A stretch of DNA of 30,315 bases from Silvanigrellaceae bacterium (GTDB lineage: Bacteria > Bdellovibrionota_B > Oligoflexia > Silvanigrellales > Silvanigrellaceae): positions 1 to 30,315 of the forward strand of contig JBMSQQ010000040.1 of assembly GCA_049423385.1 (NCBI GenBank), read 5' to 3'. The translations under genes and the position numbers were made by a program. Below, piece by piece: positions 1 through 9,150 of this stretch; position 1 is the stretch's first letter, and the number at the start of each line of letters is the position of its first letter. Below the pieces are notes generated by a model that was not told the DNA's origin, made no database searches, and worked only from the letters and a program-made list of their open reading frames with translations.

Positions 1-556
1 GGTTCGAGTTGTAGATGCCCTTGGGCTGACGACCGAAGCACCATGTTCTGAACCATGCCGATGCGGTTGGGGTGTTGACCCGGAACGTGTCGGTACGGCT
101 GATCTGCTCGAGGGGCGAGTTCACGATGGGGCCCCAGTTGTAGCCGCGCGAAAGAACAGGCAGCGGATAACCAAAGAACGATGAGTTGGCGGAAACCCGT
201 GCCGTGGCACCGGCGCCTTTAACCACACCATAGGTGATGGTTTGGGTCAGGTCCGCGAGATAGAGTCCGCGGGCAACTTCAACCGGGACAACGATGCGGC
301 AGTTGGCTCGACCGGTGAGTGCTTGGTCGCCTGAGGGCAGCGCAACACCCAGGTCGGTGAGCAGGACAGAAAGTGTATTTCCTGCGTCGATGAAGAACGT
401 ATTGATATCCTTGATACAAACCTGCTCGGATGAAGCGCCGACGCGTTTGCTGCCACCCGAAATTGCACGGGCGGTGTCCCAAATGATGGTGCTTTGGGCA
501 AAAGCACTGGACGAAATTGCAAGTCCTGCAAGAGCGATTGATGCAACGTGTTTCAT
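1..556 (-). CDS. Secreted DUF4360-like protein, 3' end runs off the window (absent from the ORF track)
   Basis: Manual translation from ATG at 556 (AGGGGG SD upstream): MKHVASIALAGLAISSSAFA|QSTIIWDTARAISGG..C..AGNTLSVLLTDLGVALP..RANCRIVVPVEVARGLYLADLTQTITY..FFGYPL..WC. Open to position 1. Has a signal peptide and is colinear with the ORF at 25465-26118. Confidence 0.75.
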   Translation of the reverse strand, partial: MKHVASIALAGLAISSSAFAQSTIIWDTARAISGGSKRVGASSEQVCIKDINTFFIDAGNTLSVLLTDLGVALPSGDQALTGRANCRIVVPVEVARGLYLADLTQTITYGVVKGAGATARVSANSSFFGYPLPVLSRGYNWGPIVNSPLEQISRTDTFRVNTPTASAWFRTWCFGRQPKGIYNSN

Positions 557-849
557 GGAAACCCCCTGATAATCTGGGTCATTCTGTGACAACACAACCG
601 CGTGCCGTCTGTTTGAAAGGTAACGAAGCCAAACGAGGAAGTCAAATTTTTTGGATATTAAATTTTTTGAGTACCCAAAAAAGGGCAAAAGACAAAAAAT
701 CGTCAAGCGCCTGAATTATTGAAAAAAACTGTCGATACCGAGAAAACCTTCGAAAGGTATGGCTTTTGGAAGAATATTTGAGAACCGGCGCGCTTCCGGC
801 AAAGACCGCGGCCGAAATCAAAATTGAACGGGTCGTCCAATCCGTCCGC

Positions 850-2913
850 ATGAAAAGGCAGGTGTGGATTTGGACCTCATTGGTGTTTTGTTCGATGGTC
901 ACACTGGCCTGGCTATATGGGCTGTCTCCCCGCGCCAGGGACTTTGAAAGAAAAATTGTCTGGGCGCATCAATTTGAGACCCGTGACAAATTCAAGCAGG
1001 ACCCCAAAGTTGATCCGAGGCTGCGCATCCTGATGTTGGATGATTCTACGGTCCAGATCATGAAACGCTCATCACTCAATTTCAAGGAATGGTCTGCATT
1101 CCTCGGTTTCATCGACCGACATCGCCCCAGCAGCATTTACATCGATAAAATTTTTGGATTGATCGATGAAGATGTGGGCGTGCTTCAGGATGCGATGCCC
1201 AATCTTCGAATGTTGAAGGCGCCAGTCTCGATTGGTTCATTCAGCACTCCGCAGCAGATTCCTGGCAGAGATGAACTGATGCGCAAGGCACTGCAATTCA
1301 AGGCGCGCAATTATCTTCCCGATTCCCTCGCAGATATTCCCGAGCAAACGCTGCTTGAAAAGGTCAAGGAGTCGAATCTCAAGGACAGAAGCAGGGCCTA
1401 CGTTTATGGACCGATACCTCAACTCCAGGAAATATTCCGGCAAGGACATATCGACTATTACCTTCCAAACCAGGTTTTCCCGCTCTACGATCTGGGGGGA
1501 AATTCTGTGCTGCCTTCACTTGCATTTTCGGGACGCATCAACCTGAAAATTGAAAATCAGGGAATCACCGTTGGAGGTGCTCCCGTTCCCAGAACCACGG
1601 AAGGAAGTGTACTCGTCAACTGGTTGAGTCCGACGAAGGCTTACAGCTCTGCATTGAGTTTTGCATCGGCATTTGATGCCATGAACCGCGGTGGGCTTTG
1701 GAGTAAAATTCCGGAGGGCTCTCACGTTTTGTTGATGCCTTTGGCGTTCACCGGCAACGTCGATTTCAAGGAATCACCTTACGGCCAAATGCCAGGTGGT
1801 ATCGTTCTTGCATCGTTGATTAATTCAGCATTGACCAAGCAATGGATTTCCGAGTTTTCATGGTCTTTTGAGTTGATGATTCTTTTGGTTGTGTTGGCGA
1901 CGTTGTTGCAGATTACGAAAGGAATCCGCAGCTGGATTTTTCTCTTTTCAGGTACGATTTTTATATATCTTGTTGGCATGCAACAGTTCGTTTTCTCTTC
2001 AACTGACTTTCCATGGTTGGCGGGTCAGGTGTTTTTTGGTGGAACCGGCACCTTGATGCTTTCGGTGAGAAATATCTGGGATTCACGGCGTGAAAAACTG
2101 ATGCAAAAACTCGAAGAAGACTATGCGATTCTGGAAAGGGAAGAGCGGAGGCTCGACAAGGAAATACGTGATGCAATTCGGGTTGCATCCGTGCTTAAAC
2201 CGGAAGATGTTCCGGACTGGCCTGAACTCGAAATCACCGCTTTTCATAAAAGCATGTCGGAGGCGAGCGGCGACTGGTACTTTTTCGAACGCTCACAGTC
2301 GGGCCGGTTCGCGCATTTCATCATGTGTGACATCAGTGGACATGGTGTTCAGGCTGCGCTGGTGGTTTCGGGTTGCAAAACCGTTTTGTCGATGATGAGA
2401 CTGACGCAGGATTGTCTTTTTGAATCGCCGGATTTTCTTTCCGGTTATGCAGAGCGTTTGAACCGGGTTTTGTTCCTGAACGGTGGTGGTAAGCACACTG
2501 CCACCATGGTTGGCCTGACGTTTGATTTTGAATCTGGAAAAGTTTTTTGCGTGAACTGCGGACATCCATTTCCTGTGCTTCATTCGGCTTCAGGCTCGAA
2601 AATTGAGGCTTTCACCACAAGGGCATCGGATCCGATCGGATTTGAGTCAGAAGCTCATTTTCAGATCCATGAGAGGCTTTTGCGGATTGGGGATTGTCTC
2701 ATCACTCATTCTGACGGCGTACCACTGACCCGTGCCCGAAGAGTCCTGGAAAAATACTTTGCCGAAAGCAAACACGGCCAATTGATTTCCGGTCGGCGAT
2801 TGTGTGAAGCGTTGCTGAAACATTTCAAGAAAGAGTCAGTGGAAATTGCAGACGATGACATCAGCATCGTCGTGTTTCGCCGCACAGATTCTGCTCAACA
2901 GAACCAGAATTGA
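850..2913 (+). CDS. Membrane CHASE2 sensor fused to a PP2C/SpoIIE-type Ser/Thr phosphatase
   Basis: N-terminal TM, CHASE2-like motifs (ILMLDDST, IYIDKIF, SPYGQMPGGIVLA), 3 TMs, coiled coil, then PP2C motifs SGDWY, DISGHG, NCGHP, HSDGV, DDISIV. ATG 850 preferred over TTG 766. Confidence 0.85.
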   Translation: MKRQVWIWTSLVFCSMVTLAWLYGLSPRARDFERKIVWAHQFETRDKFKQDPKVDPRLRILMLDDSTVQIMKRSSLNFKEWSAFLGFIDRHRPSSIYIDKIFGLIDEDVGVLQDAMPNLRMLKAPVSIGSFSTPQQIPGRDELMRKALQFKARNYLPDSLADIPEQTLLEKVKESNLKDRSRAYVYGPIPQLQEIFRQGHIDYYLPNQVFPLYDLGGNSVLPSLAFSGRINLKIENQGITVGGAPVPRTTEGSVLVNWLSPTKAYSSALSFASAFDAMNRGGLWSKIPEGSHVLLMPLAFTGNVDFKESPYGQMPGGIVLASLINSALTKQWISEFSWSFELMILLVVLATLLQITKGIRSWIFLFSGTIFIYLVGMQQFVFSSTDFPWLAGQVFFGGTGTLMLSVRNIWDSRREKLMQKLEEDYAILEREERRLDKEIRDAIRVASVLKPEDVPDWPELEITAFHKSMSEASGDWYFFERSQSGRFAHFIMCDISGHGVQAALVVSGCKTVLSMMRLTQDCLFESPDFLSGYAERLNRVLFLNGGGKHTATMVGLTFDFESGKVFCVNCGHPFPVLHSASGSKIEAFTTRASDPIGFESEAHFQIHERLLRIGDCLITHSDGVPLTRARRVLEKYFAESKHGQLISGRRLCEALLKHFKKESVEIADDDISIVVFRRTDSAQQNQN

Positions 2914-2915
2914 AT

Positions 2916-3947
2916 TCATGGCGTTGCATTCGCACGTGCCTGGCGCTTTTCCTTGAGTTCCATGATGGTTGTCGAATGCATCGGCTGTGCTTTTTCCTTC
3001 GGATTTATGAACGTCTTGGCAAAGTTCACCGCAATCGCCGCTTCGGAAAATCCTGTGGCAATCAATTTCAGTTTTCCACGATATTCGGCAATGTCCCCGG
3101 CAGCATAGATTCCTGGTAGGTTTGTTTCCATGCAGTCGTTGACCTTGATCCCGTCGCCATGCAGTTCCAGACCCCATTCGCGGATTTTTCCAAGCGAACT
3201 GTTGAATCCGAACATGATGATGGCATCGTCAACATCAATCGAGCTTGTATCCTGGGATTCCGTGTTCTGGAAATGAATTCTCTGCAAAGTCGAGTCGCCC
3301 TCAAAAGAGGTGATTTCGGTGTTTGTGAGAATACGTGCATTTGTCTTGCGAAGCTTGTTGACGCTGTCGTCATGGGCACGAAAGCGATCTGAGCGGTGAA
3401 CAAGTGTGACTTCCGAGGCAATCGGCACCATCTCGTTCGCCCAGTCGAGGGCCGAGTCGCCACCGCCAACCACAACAACCTTGCGGCCACGGTGAATTTC
3501 CTTGTTGACCACCGCATAGGAGATGCCATTGCCTTCAAAGCGATCGGCACCGGGTGCAACATGTTTCTTGGGACTGTAGGAACCAACGCCTGCTGCGATG
3601 ATGATTGTTTTTGTGAGATGCAGGCCCGCGTTGGTGGTCAATTCCCAGATTCCATCGTCACGACGGTGCAGGCTTTGCGCGATTTCTTCCATGGCTAGAA
3701 CGGGTTTGTAGGCCATGGCTTGGGCAATCAGGTTGTCGACCAGTTCCTTGGCCAAGACTTTCGGGAATCCCGCGACGTCGTAAATGTATTTTTCCGGATA
3801 AACCGCCGTCAGGCGGCCACCCAATGCTGGCATGGAGTCGACTATCTTGCAGCTGGCATTGCGAAGGCCTGCATAGAAGGCGGCAAAAAGACCTGTCGGC
3901 CCACCGCCGAGGATGGTCACATCGAAAACTTGCTGTTCTTGATTCAT
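2916..3947 (-). CDS. Thioredoxin-reductase-type ferredoxin--NADP(+) reductase (YumC-like)
   Basis: GGGPTGL FAD motif, GGRLTAVYPEKYIYDVAGFP, GGGDSALDW, HRSDRFRAH, YAAGDIAEYRGKLKLIATGFSEA. No redox CxxC. Start ATG 3947 with GGGG SD. Confidence 0.9.
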   Translation of the reverse strand: MNQEQQVFDVTILGGGPTGLFAAFYAGLRNASCKIVDSMPALGGRLTAVYPEKYIYDVAGFPKVLAKELVDNLIAQAMAYKPVLAMEEIAQSLHRRDDGIWELTTNAGLHLTKTIIIAAGVGSYSPKKHVAPGADRFEGNGISYAVVNKEIHRGRKVVVVGGGDSALDWANEMVPIASEVTLVHRSDRFRAHDDSVNKLRKTNARILTNTEITSFEGDSTLQRIHFQNTESQDTSSIDVDDAIIMFGFNSSLGKIREWGLELHGDGIKVNDCMETNLPGIYAAGDIAEYRGKLKLIATGFSEAAIAVNFAKTFINPKEKAQPMHSTTIMELKEKRQARANATP

Positions 3948-3987
3948 GAGAACCCCAACTGGGAAAGATCCGCTTTGTGCAGCGAAT

Positions 3988-6144
3988 TCACTTTGACCAG
4001 TCGGCTTTTCCACCAAGGAGTTCGATGCTGTCAACAAGAATGCGACCTGCCTCATGAAGCTGCTCGTCGTCCGGGCGAATCACCACGTTCGGGTCGTCGG
4101 CTTTTGCTTTGTTTGCCTTTGGATTCGCCGATTTGCCCTTGTCGGCTGCCGTGTCCTGGGTTTTCGACCCCAATGGTGCGGTGGAAGCAACTTTTTGGCC
4201 TTTGCCGGCGTCCGTGGCGTCGGCCAGGGGCTTGTCGGGAGCTTTCAAGCTGATTTCCGTGTTGTCCTTGTCTTTTTTGGCTTTCTCAATGGCTACAAAA
4301 GTTGACCTGAAGTCTTCGGAAGCACGAACCCTTGCTTCGCTCTTTTGCTTCAATTGGGGAATCACCTTGCTCAAATCCTGGAGGGGCTTGAGTGCATTGC
4401 TGGCATTGATGGTTGAGTGCGGCAGGGGAAAATCGTTTTCACCTTCACCCACATCACTCACTTCAAAAACATCCGGGATCTGGACATCCGACTCCACTCC
4501 CAACACCTGGTTGCTGCGGCCGCTGGGGCGGAAGAACTTTGAAATTGTCACCTTCATTGCACCGTCTGAATCTCGCGTGCCCGTGCCTGGCAGGTCGATC
4601 ACGCTTTGAACGGTTGCTTTTCCATAGGTCCTTGAATTTCCAATTATCAATCCCCGACCGTAGTCCTGGATGGCGCCCGAAAGAATTTCGCTCGCAGAGG
4701 CACTTTGCTTGCTGATGAGCACAGCCAATGGGCCGGAGTAACGAACTCCTTCTTCGGGGTCATCTTTGCTCTCAACGCTTCCATCCCGATTTTGAACCTG
4801 AACGACTGGCCCCTTGTCGATAAAGAAGCCTGTCAGACGCAGACATTCGTCCAGATCGCCGCCACCGTTCCGACGCAGGTCGAGAACAATTCCGTCCACC
4901 TTTTGAGCTGTGAGCTTCTTGATCTCTCGATCGATGTGGTTGCTTGAGCTGACGTAGTCCGACTTTCCGGACTTGCTTCCTTGATAGTCGATGTAGAAGC
5001 TGGGCAGGTTGATGACACCAATTTTTTTGTTGCCCACAGTCATCACATCACTGTGCGCTTCGCTGTCTGCGATGTGCACAACATCGCGTTCAAGTTCCAA
5101 CAGTTCTCTCTTGGTTTCATTGCTCATCGCGTCCTTGCGGAGAATTTGCAATTTGACAACTGTTCCCTTTTGTCCTCGAATGAGCTGAACAACCTTGCTC
5201 AAATCCATGTCGATGACATCCACGAATCCATTGCCGTCGCCCGAGTCCACCGCGACGATCTTGTCGCCCTTCTGCAATCGTCCATCGCGTGAAGCAGCTC
5301 CGCCCGGAATGAGGGCTTCGACTGTCGTGTAGCCTTCCTGCTGGGTCAGGCTGGCGCCAATTCCGACCAACTGCAGGCTGAACGCAACCCTGAATTCTTC
5401 CTGGTCCTGTGGAGCCATGAATTGCGAGTGTGGATCCAGCGAAGTTGCAAAGGCATTCAGAAAAAAGGAGTTGACCTCGTCCGACGTTCTTTCCTGTGAG
5501 GATTTCTTCAACAGCGAGTATCGCTTGTTGATTCGGCTCGCAATGACGCTCCAGTCCTTCTCCGTTTCGCGCAGGTTCAGGGCCGTGAACTTCAGTAGCT
5601 TACGCCAGCGCTCCTTGCGGTCGGCATCGGTCTTTGCCCAATCAATCTTCTTGCGATCGGTTTCCAGTTTTTCATCGATCGTGAAGTCCATGGGCGTTTT
5701 CAGGACATCACCAATCATGGCGACGCTTTCATCCATGCGCTTCAGGTACAACGTGTAAATGTCGGAAATAAAGTTGCAGTCGTTTTTGGCCAAAGAGTCG
5801 GGAATTGCGCTCTGCATCTTTGCGAATGTTGCGATGTCTTCAGCGAGAAAAAAGTTGCGCCCCGGATCGAGGATCTGGAAATAGCGTTCGAATGTTCGTT
5901 TTGACAACTCTTCATCGAAACGCCGGTATTGATAATGAGCCTTGAGAAAGTCGCGCACGCGCACCTGAATGGTCGAACATCCAAGGAATCCCGCGTTTGC
6001 GGGGCGGCGCGCGCCTTCACGCTGGGCAGCAGCGGGCTGCAGCGTTGAGCGGATTTTGGGATAGACGTAAACCTGGAAACCAAGCGATGCAGCCATCACA
6101 AGTCCAAGTGAAAATGCCAGAACAGCGCCTCTTCTTTTCATCAT
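3988..6144 (-). CDS. prc: Carboxy-terminal processing protease (S41A, Prc/Tsp type)
   Basis: N-terminal anchor, LDPHSQF, PDZ (GIGASL..GDKIVAV..IRGQKGTVVKL), DLRRNGGG, SASASEILSGAIQDYGR, GKATVQ. Confidence 0.92.
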   Translation of the reverse strand: MMKRRGAVLAFSLGLVMAASLGFQVYVYPKIRSTLQPAAAQREGARRPANAGFLGCSTIQVRVRDFLKAHYQYRRFDEELSKRTFERYFQILDPGRNFFLAEDIATFAKMQSAIPDSLAKNDCNFISDIYTLYLKRMDESVAMIGDVLKTPMDFTIDEKLETDRKKIDWAKTDADRKERWRKLLKFTALNLRETEKDWSVIASRINKRYSLLKKSSQERTSDEVNSFFLNAFATSLDPHSQFMAPQDQEEFRVAFSLQLVGIGASLTQQEGYTTVEALIPGGAASRDGRLQKGDKIVAVDSGDGNGFVDVIDMDLSKVVQLIRGQKGTVVKLQILRKDAMSNETKRELLELERDVVHIADSEAHSDVMTVGNKKIGVINLPSFYIDYQGSKSGKSDYVSSSNHIDREIKKLTAQKVDGIVLDLRRNGGGDLDECLRLTGFFIDKGPVVQVQNRDGSVESKDDPEEGVRYSGPLAVLISKQSASASEILSGAIQDYGRGLIIGNSRTYGKATVQSVIDLPGTGTRDSDGAMKVTISKFFRPSGRSNQVLGVESDVQIPDVFEVSDVGEGENDFPLPHSTINASNALKPLQDLSKVIPQLKQKSEARVRASEDFRSTFVAIEKAKKDKDNTEISLKAPDKPLADATDAGKGQKVASTAPLGSKTQDTAADKGKSANPKANKAKADDPNVVIRPDDEQLHEAGRILVDSIELLGGKADWSK

Positions 6145-6163
6145 CCCTGGGTCTCCAAAAAAA

Positions 6164-6673
6164 TTACTTGCGCGTTGGCAGGCGAAGCTGTCTTCGACTC
6201 AAAGTCGAGCTGGCGTCCTGTTCGTCTTCACGCTCATAGATAATAGTCTTGTCGAATCGATTCTTGGCGTGACGGGGTGTCAGAAGGGCAGATCGGGTCG
6301 GCATAAATTCACCGCCCCGCAGCGAATCCGGGTTGGATTCATTGTCGTCCTCATCGAATTCATCCGCCAATGAACCGGTTTCCTGAAATTTTCCCTCGAA
6401 CCAACAGAACCATTGCTCGGTGTGGGACAATACCCGGGCCTGACCCGCCGAGTCGACCCTTTCGAGGATTTCCTCAAGCCGGTCCTGGAGCCGGGCAAAA
6501 TTGTCGTCAAGCCATGAGACCCAGAGGGAAGCTTCCTCATCGGTGCGGACTGTAATGCGTTGTCCGAAGGAATTGCGGAGCCGGTCGCGGATTGTTCTTA
6601 AAACGCGTTCCCGGTCGTTGCTTGAAACTTCCGGCTCGAGGTCGAGGGTGATATGAACGGTGGCCATGTACAT
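6164..6673 (-). CDS. Hypothetical protein with divergent DUF503/YlxP-like N-terminus and acidic tail
   Basis: MYMATVHITLDL..DRERVLRTIRDRLRNSF resembles the DUF503 start. Ends 19 bp upstream of prc on the same strand. Confidence 0.55.
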   Translation of the reverse strand: MYMATVHITLDLEPEVSSNDRERVLRTIRDRLRNSFGQRITVRTDEEASLWVSWLDDNFARLQDRLEEILERVDSAGQARVLSHTEQWFCWFEGKFQETGSLADEFDEDDNESNPDSLRGGEFMPTRSALLTPRHAKNRFDKTIIYEREDEQDASSTLSRRQLRLPTRK

Positions 6674-6687
6674 GTTGGACCGCCTTT

Positions 6688-7563
6688 ATGTTTGCAACGT
6701 CTGAAAATCATTCTAACTGGAATCCCCGCTTTTTTGAACAGGGTGGGTTGTTCGACGTCTTCAAACCCTGGAAAGATTTGTTTTTGCTTAAATCTAAAGC
6801 TTTTCCGGGTATTGAAGAACTTTCTCGGGTTGCCAGATGTGATGCGGTCTCCAGTGTACGCTCGGGCGGCGGCTTTCCGGTGTCGTTCGTCAAGCAGCAG
6901 CGGGTTATGAGAAACCGTCGTGTCGAGCTTGGTTGGCGCGCAAACTACCAGTTGAGGATTTTTCTTTCAGGCGAAGTGCCCACGCGACCCGACAACTGGC
7001 ATGACTTTTTTAATGCCTGGACCTGGATCTATCTTCCCAAATTGAAGGCTGCGATCAACGCGAGACATTTTCATTGCATTGATGAAGTTTCAGAATTTCC
7101 TTGGCGGATGAGTGGTGGTAATCGAAGTCGTGAGCAGGACATGTTGACAATCTTCGACGAGGGTGGACTGATAGTCGTGAGCGACGATGATGATCTCTGG
7201 CAGATGATTGTCGATCGACGTTGGCGAGAACTCTTTCTCGAGAATGGTCCAAAATTACACCAACGGGCCTGTTTCATACCGGTCGGTCATGCGTTGTTTG
7301 AGTGCGCCCTGATAGGCCATCCACGCCTGCACGCCAGCTGCATTCGTGTGTGCAGTGATGCCCATCGTTTTTCCTTTTCAAGCGAAAGGGCCACCCGGAG
7401 ATCCCTGGCGGCCATCGATGAGCTTGCAGCTCTGGAAATTGCGCGTCGGGAGTTACTCATGACTCCCGATCATCTGCACGCTTTGCCAATTTGGGGAATT
7501 CCCGGATGGCATCCGCGCGCAGGAGAAGAAGAGTTCATTTCCGACACGGCCTATTTTCGTTGA
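6688..7563 (+). CDS. DUF3025 family protein
   Basis: YQLRIFLSGEVPTRPDNWHDFFNA, DMLTIFDEGG, GHALFE, LPIWGIPGW, DTAYFR are typical DUF3025 motifs. Start uncertain. Confidence 0.85.
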   Translation: MFATSENHSNWNPRFFEQGGLFDVFKPWKDLFLLKSKAFPGIEELSRVARCDAVSSVRSGGGFPVSFVKQQRVMRNRRVELGWRANYQLRIFLSGEVPTRPDNWHDFFNAWTWIYLPKLKAAINARHFHCIDEVSEFPWRMSGGNRSREQDMLTIFDEGGLIVVSDDDDLWQMIVDRRWRELFLENGPKLHQRACFIPVGHALFECALIGHPRLHASCIRVCSDAHRFSFSSERATRRSLAAIDELAALEIARRELLMTPDHLHALPIWGIPGWHPRAGEEEFISDTAYFR

Positions 7564-7580
7564 GTCTTCGAGTGAAAATC

Positions 7581-7611
7581 AAAAAGCCGCCGAGGAGTCC
7601 TCGACGGCTTT
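7581..7611 (-). terminator. Rho-independent terminator between convergent genes (probably bidirectional)
   Basis: Minus strand AAAGCCGTCGAGG-ACT-CCTCGGCGGCTTT forms a hairpin with one U-G pair, followed by a U-rich tract. Confidence 0.75.
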
Positions 7612-7655
7612 GTTGATGAAGTTGAGACCGGCTTGGCCTTTGCCAGCAGCTTGGT

Positions 7656-8939
7656 TCACTTCGCAGGATAAGGATAGGGCGACCACTCGGTTACGCTGTC
7701 GTTCAGGTGTGTCACACCCTTCAGCACGAGCCCTGGTTTGCCAACCGACTCGGGTTCGAGAGCAGGTTGACCTTGACGCTTGAGAGCAATGTTCAAGCCT
7801 TTTCCTTCCAAGGTTTCTTTGGTGATCTGCGCGATGAAGCGGGCATGATCCTTGTTGGCATCGAAGTTTGGCAGCAGAACCGATTTCACCGGCGCAGCGA
7901 GCTTGCCTTGGCTGGTGAGTTTGGCACTTTCCTCTGCAAACAAGCCACTGGCAACGACGTTCATATCGTACAGAGTGGCGCGGTGATGCGTGGTGAACGA
8001 CAGGCGTCCGTCCATTGCGATGTACTTGCAGCCGTCCTGTACCATTTTCGGTGCGACTTCAGACGAGTTCGGGGAAACCCACTTGGCACCTGGGAAAAAG
8101 TCGTCATTCAAAAAGCCATGGTAAATCTTGTATTCCGGCATTGCCTTACGCAGTTCAACCACAGAACGCTTCATCTGGGTGATTGCCGAGTCGCCCTTGT
8201 TGATGATCCACACCGGCAGGCCGTGGCTTCCGAGCATGATACAGATTTCATTCCGCGGAACACCCGGAAAGTCTTTCTGAATGTCGTCGTCGATCGATTT
8301 GGCCATCACTTGCGTATAGCGATCTTCGTGACCGTACGATGCAACACCCAGAACCTCGACATCATACTCAGGGTGCTTCTTCAAGTACTTCAACACGTCT
8401 TCCATGTTTTCGCCACTTGAAGCGTACGAGAACTGTGCGCCCTTGTTGATGATTACGATCTTGGTGATTCCATCTTTCTTCATCGATTCCATCGCGTCGT
8501 CGATGAAAGGATAAGTGAAGTTGAAACCAACGTACGCCTTTGCATTCGGCAGAACTGTTTTGAATTCTTCGTTGATCGCTTCGATTTGTTTAAGCGAGTT
8601 TGCGTAATAGCGGGTCGGGCCAATTTTGTCGTACTGGGCGCGGACGGTTTTCACAGAAAGACGGTATGCCGGCTCTTCGACAAGTTTGCGGGTCCACATG
8701 GGCAGTGGAATTCCAACATTCTTCTGGAAAGAGACCTTGATGTAGTCCTCTAGTTGCTTGTCTGCATCATCAATGTCGCCATGCGAAGCGAAAAGAAGAC
8801 CGATTTTCTCGGTGCTCTCTGTGGATTTCGCGCCAGCCAAGGATGAATCCGAGGCGCTTCCGCAGCCCTGGAGAGTCGAAATCAAGAGTCCCTGAAGCGC
8901 GAATCCAAAAAACAGGTTGCGAACGGTGCGAGATTTCAT
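7656..8939 (-). CDS. Ferrochelatase-fold (HemH-like) lipoprotein
   Basis: Lipobox LQG|C26. Motifs YDKIG, YVGFNFTYPFIDDAMESMKKDG, AQFSYASSG, GSHGLP..KGD, FTTHHRATLYD. ATG 8939 with AGGGGG SD. Confidence 0.78.
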   Translation of the reverse strand: MKSRTVRNLFFGFALQGLLISTLQGCGSASDSSLAGAKSTESTEKIGLLFASHGDIDDADKQLEDYIKVSFQKNVGIPLPMWTRKLVEEPAYRLSVKTVRAQYDKIGPTRYYANSLKQIEAINEEFKTVLPNAKAYVGFNFTYPFIDDAMESMKKDGITKIVIINKGAQFSYASSGENMEDVLKYLKKHPEYDVEVLGVASYGHEDRYTQVMAKSIDDDIQKDFPGVPRNEICIMLGSHGLPVWIINKGDSAITQMKRSVVELRKAMPEYKIYHGFLNDDFFPGAKWVSPNSSEVAPKMVQDGCKYIAMDGRLSFTTHHRATLYDMNVVASGLFAEESAKLTSQGKLAAPVKSVLLPNFDANKDHARFIAQITKETLEGKGLNIALKRQGQPALEPESVGKPGLVLKGVTHLNDSVTEWSPYPYPAK

Positions 8940-9101
8940 AAATGCCCCCTTGTGGCTTTTCATCGTGTTGGTTGATCAGAAGCGATCGAACCAGCGATGT
9001 TCCGGTCTGTATAAGGGGAGATTGGACTTCGTGGCAAGCAAAATATTGACAAAAAGTTTTTTAATTTCGGATGTTTTTAATCATCTACAAAAGCTGAAAA
9101 A

Positions 9102-9148
9102 GTACAAGAATAACTTAAACTTGTACAAGGTTGATTTAAACTTGTACA
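9102..9148. repeat. 21-bp phased direct repeats, operator-like
   Basis: TTAAACTTGTACA at 9115 and 9136; GTACA core at 9102, 9123 and 9144; palindrome CTTGTACAAG at 9120-9129. Lies in an AT-rich divergent intergenic region. Confidence 0.65.
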
Positions 9149-9150
9149 CT

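Noticed and set aside
247..714. Short ORFs listed in the track
   Set aside because: They are shadows of the real minus-strand gene starting at 556, or intergenic.
2916..3947. Thioredoxin reductase trxB
   Set aside because: No CxxC active site; motifs fit the FNR subfamily.
7707..8420. Long antisense ORFs (also 3720-4253, 11162-11716, 26606-27109, 29650-30282)
   Set aside because: They lie largely opposite well-supported genes and show no motifs.
9102..9148. Repeats as a CRISPR array or iterons
   Set aside because: The 21-bp period leaves no room for spacers, there are only 2-3 copies, and no cas or rep gene is present.
8917..9150. N-terminal extension of ORF 8917..9594
   Set aside because: It overlaps the divergent gene start and crosses AT-rich regulatory-like DNA; the signal peptide begins at 9151.
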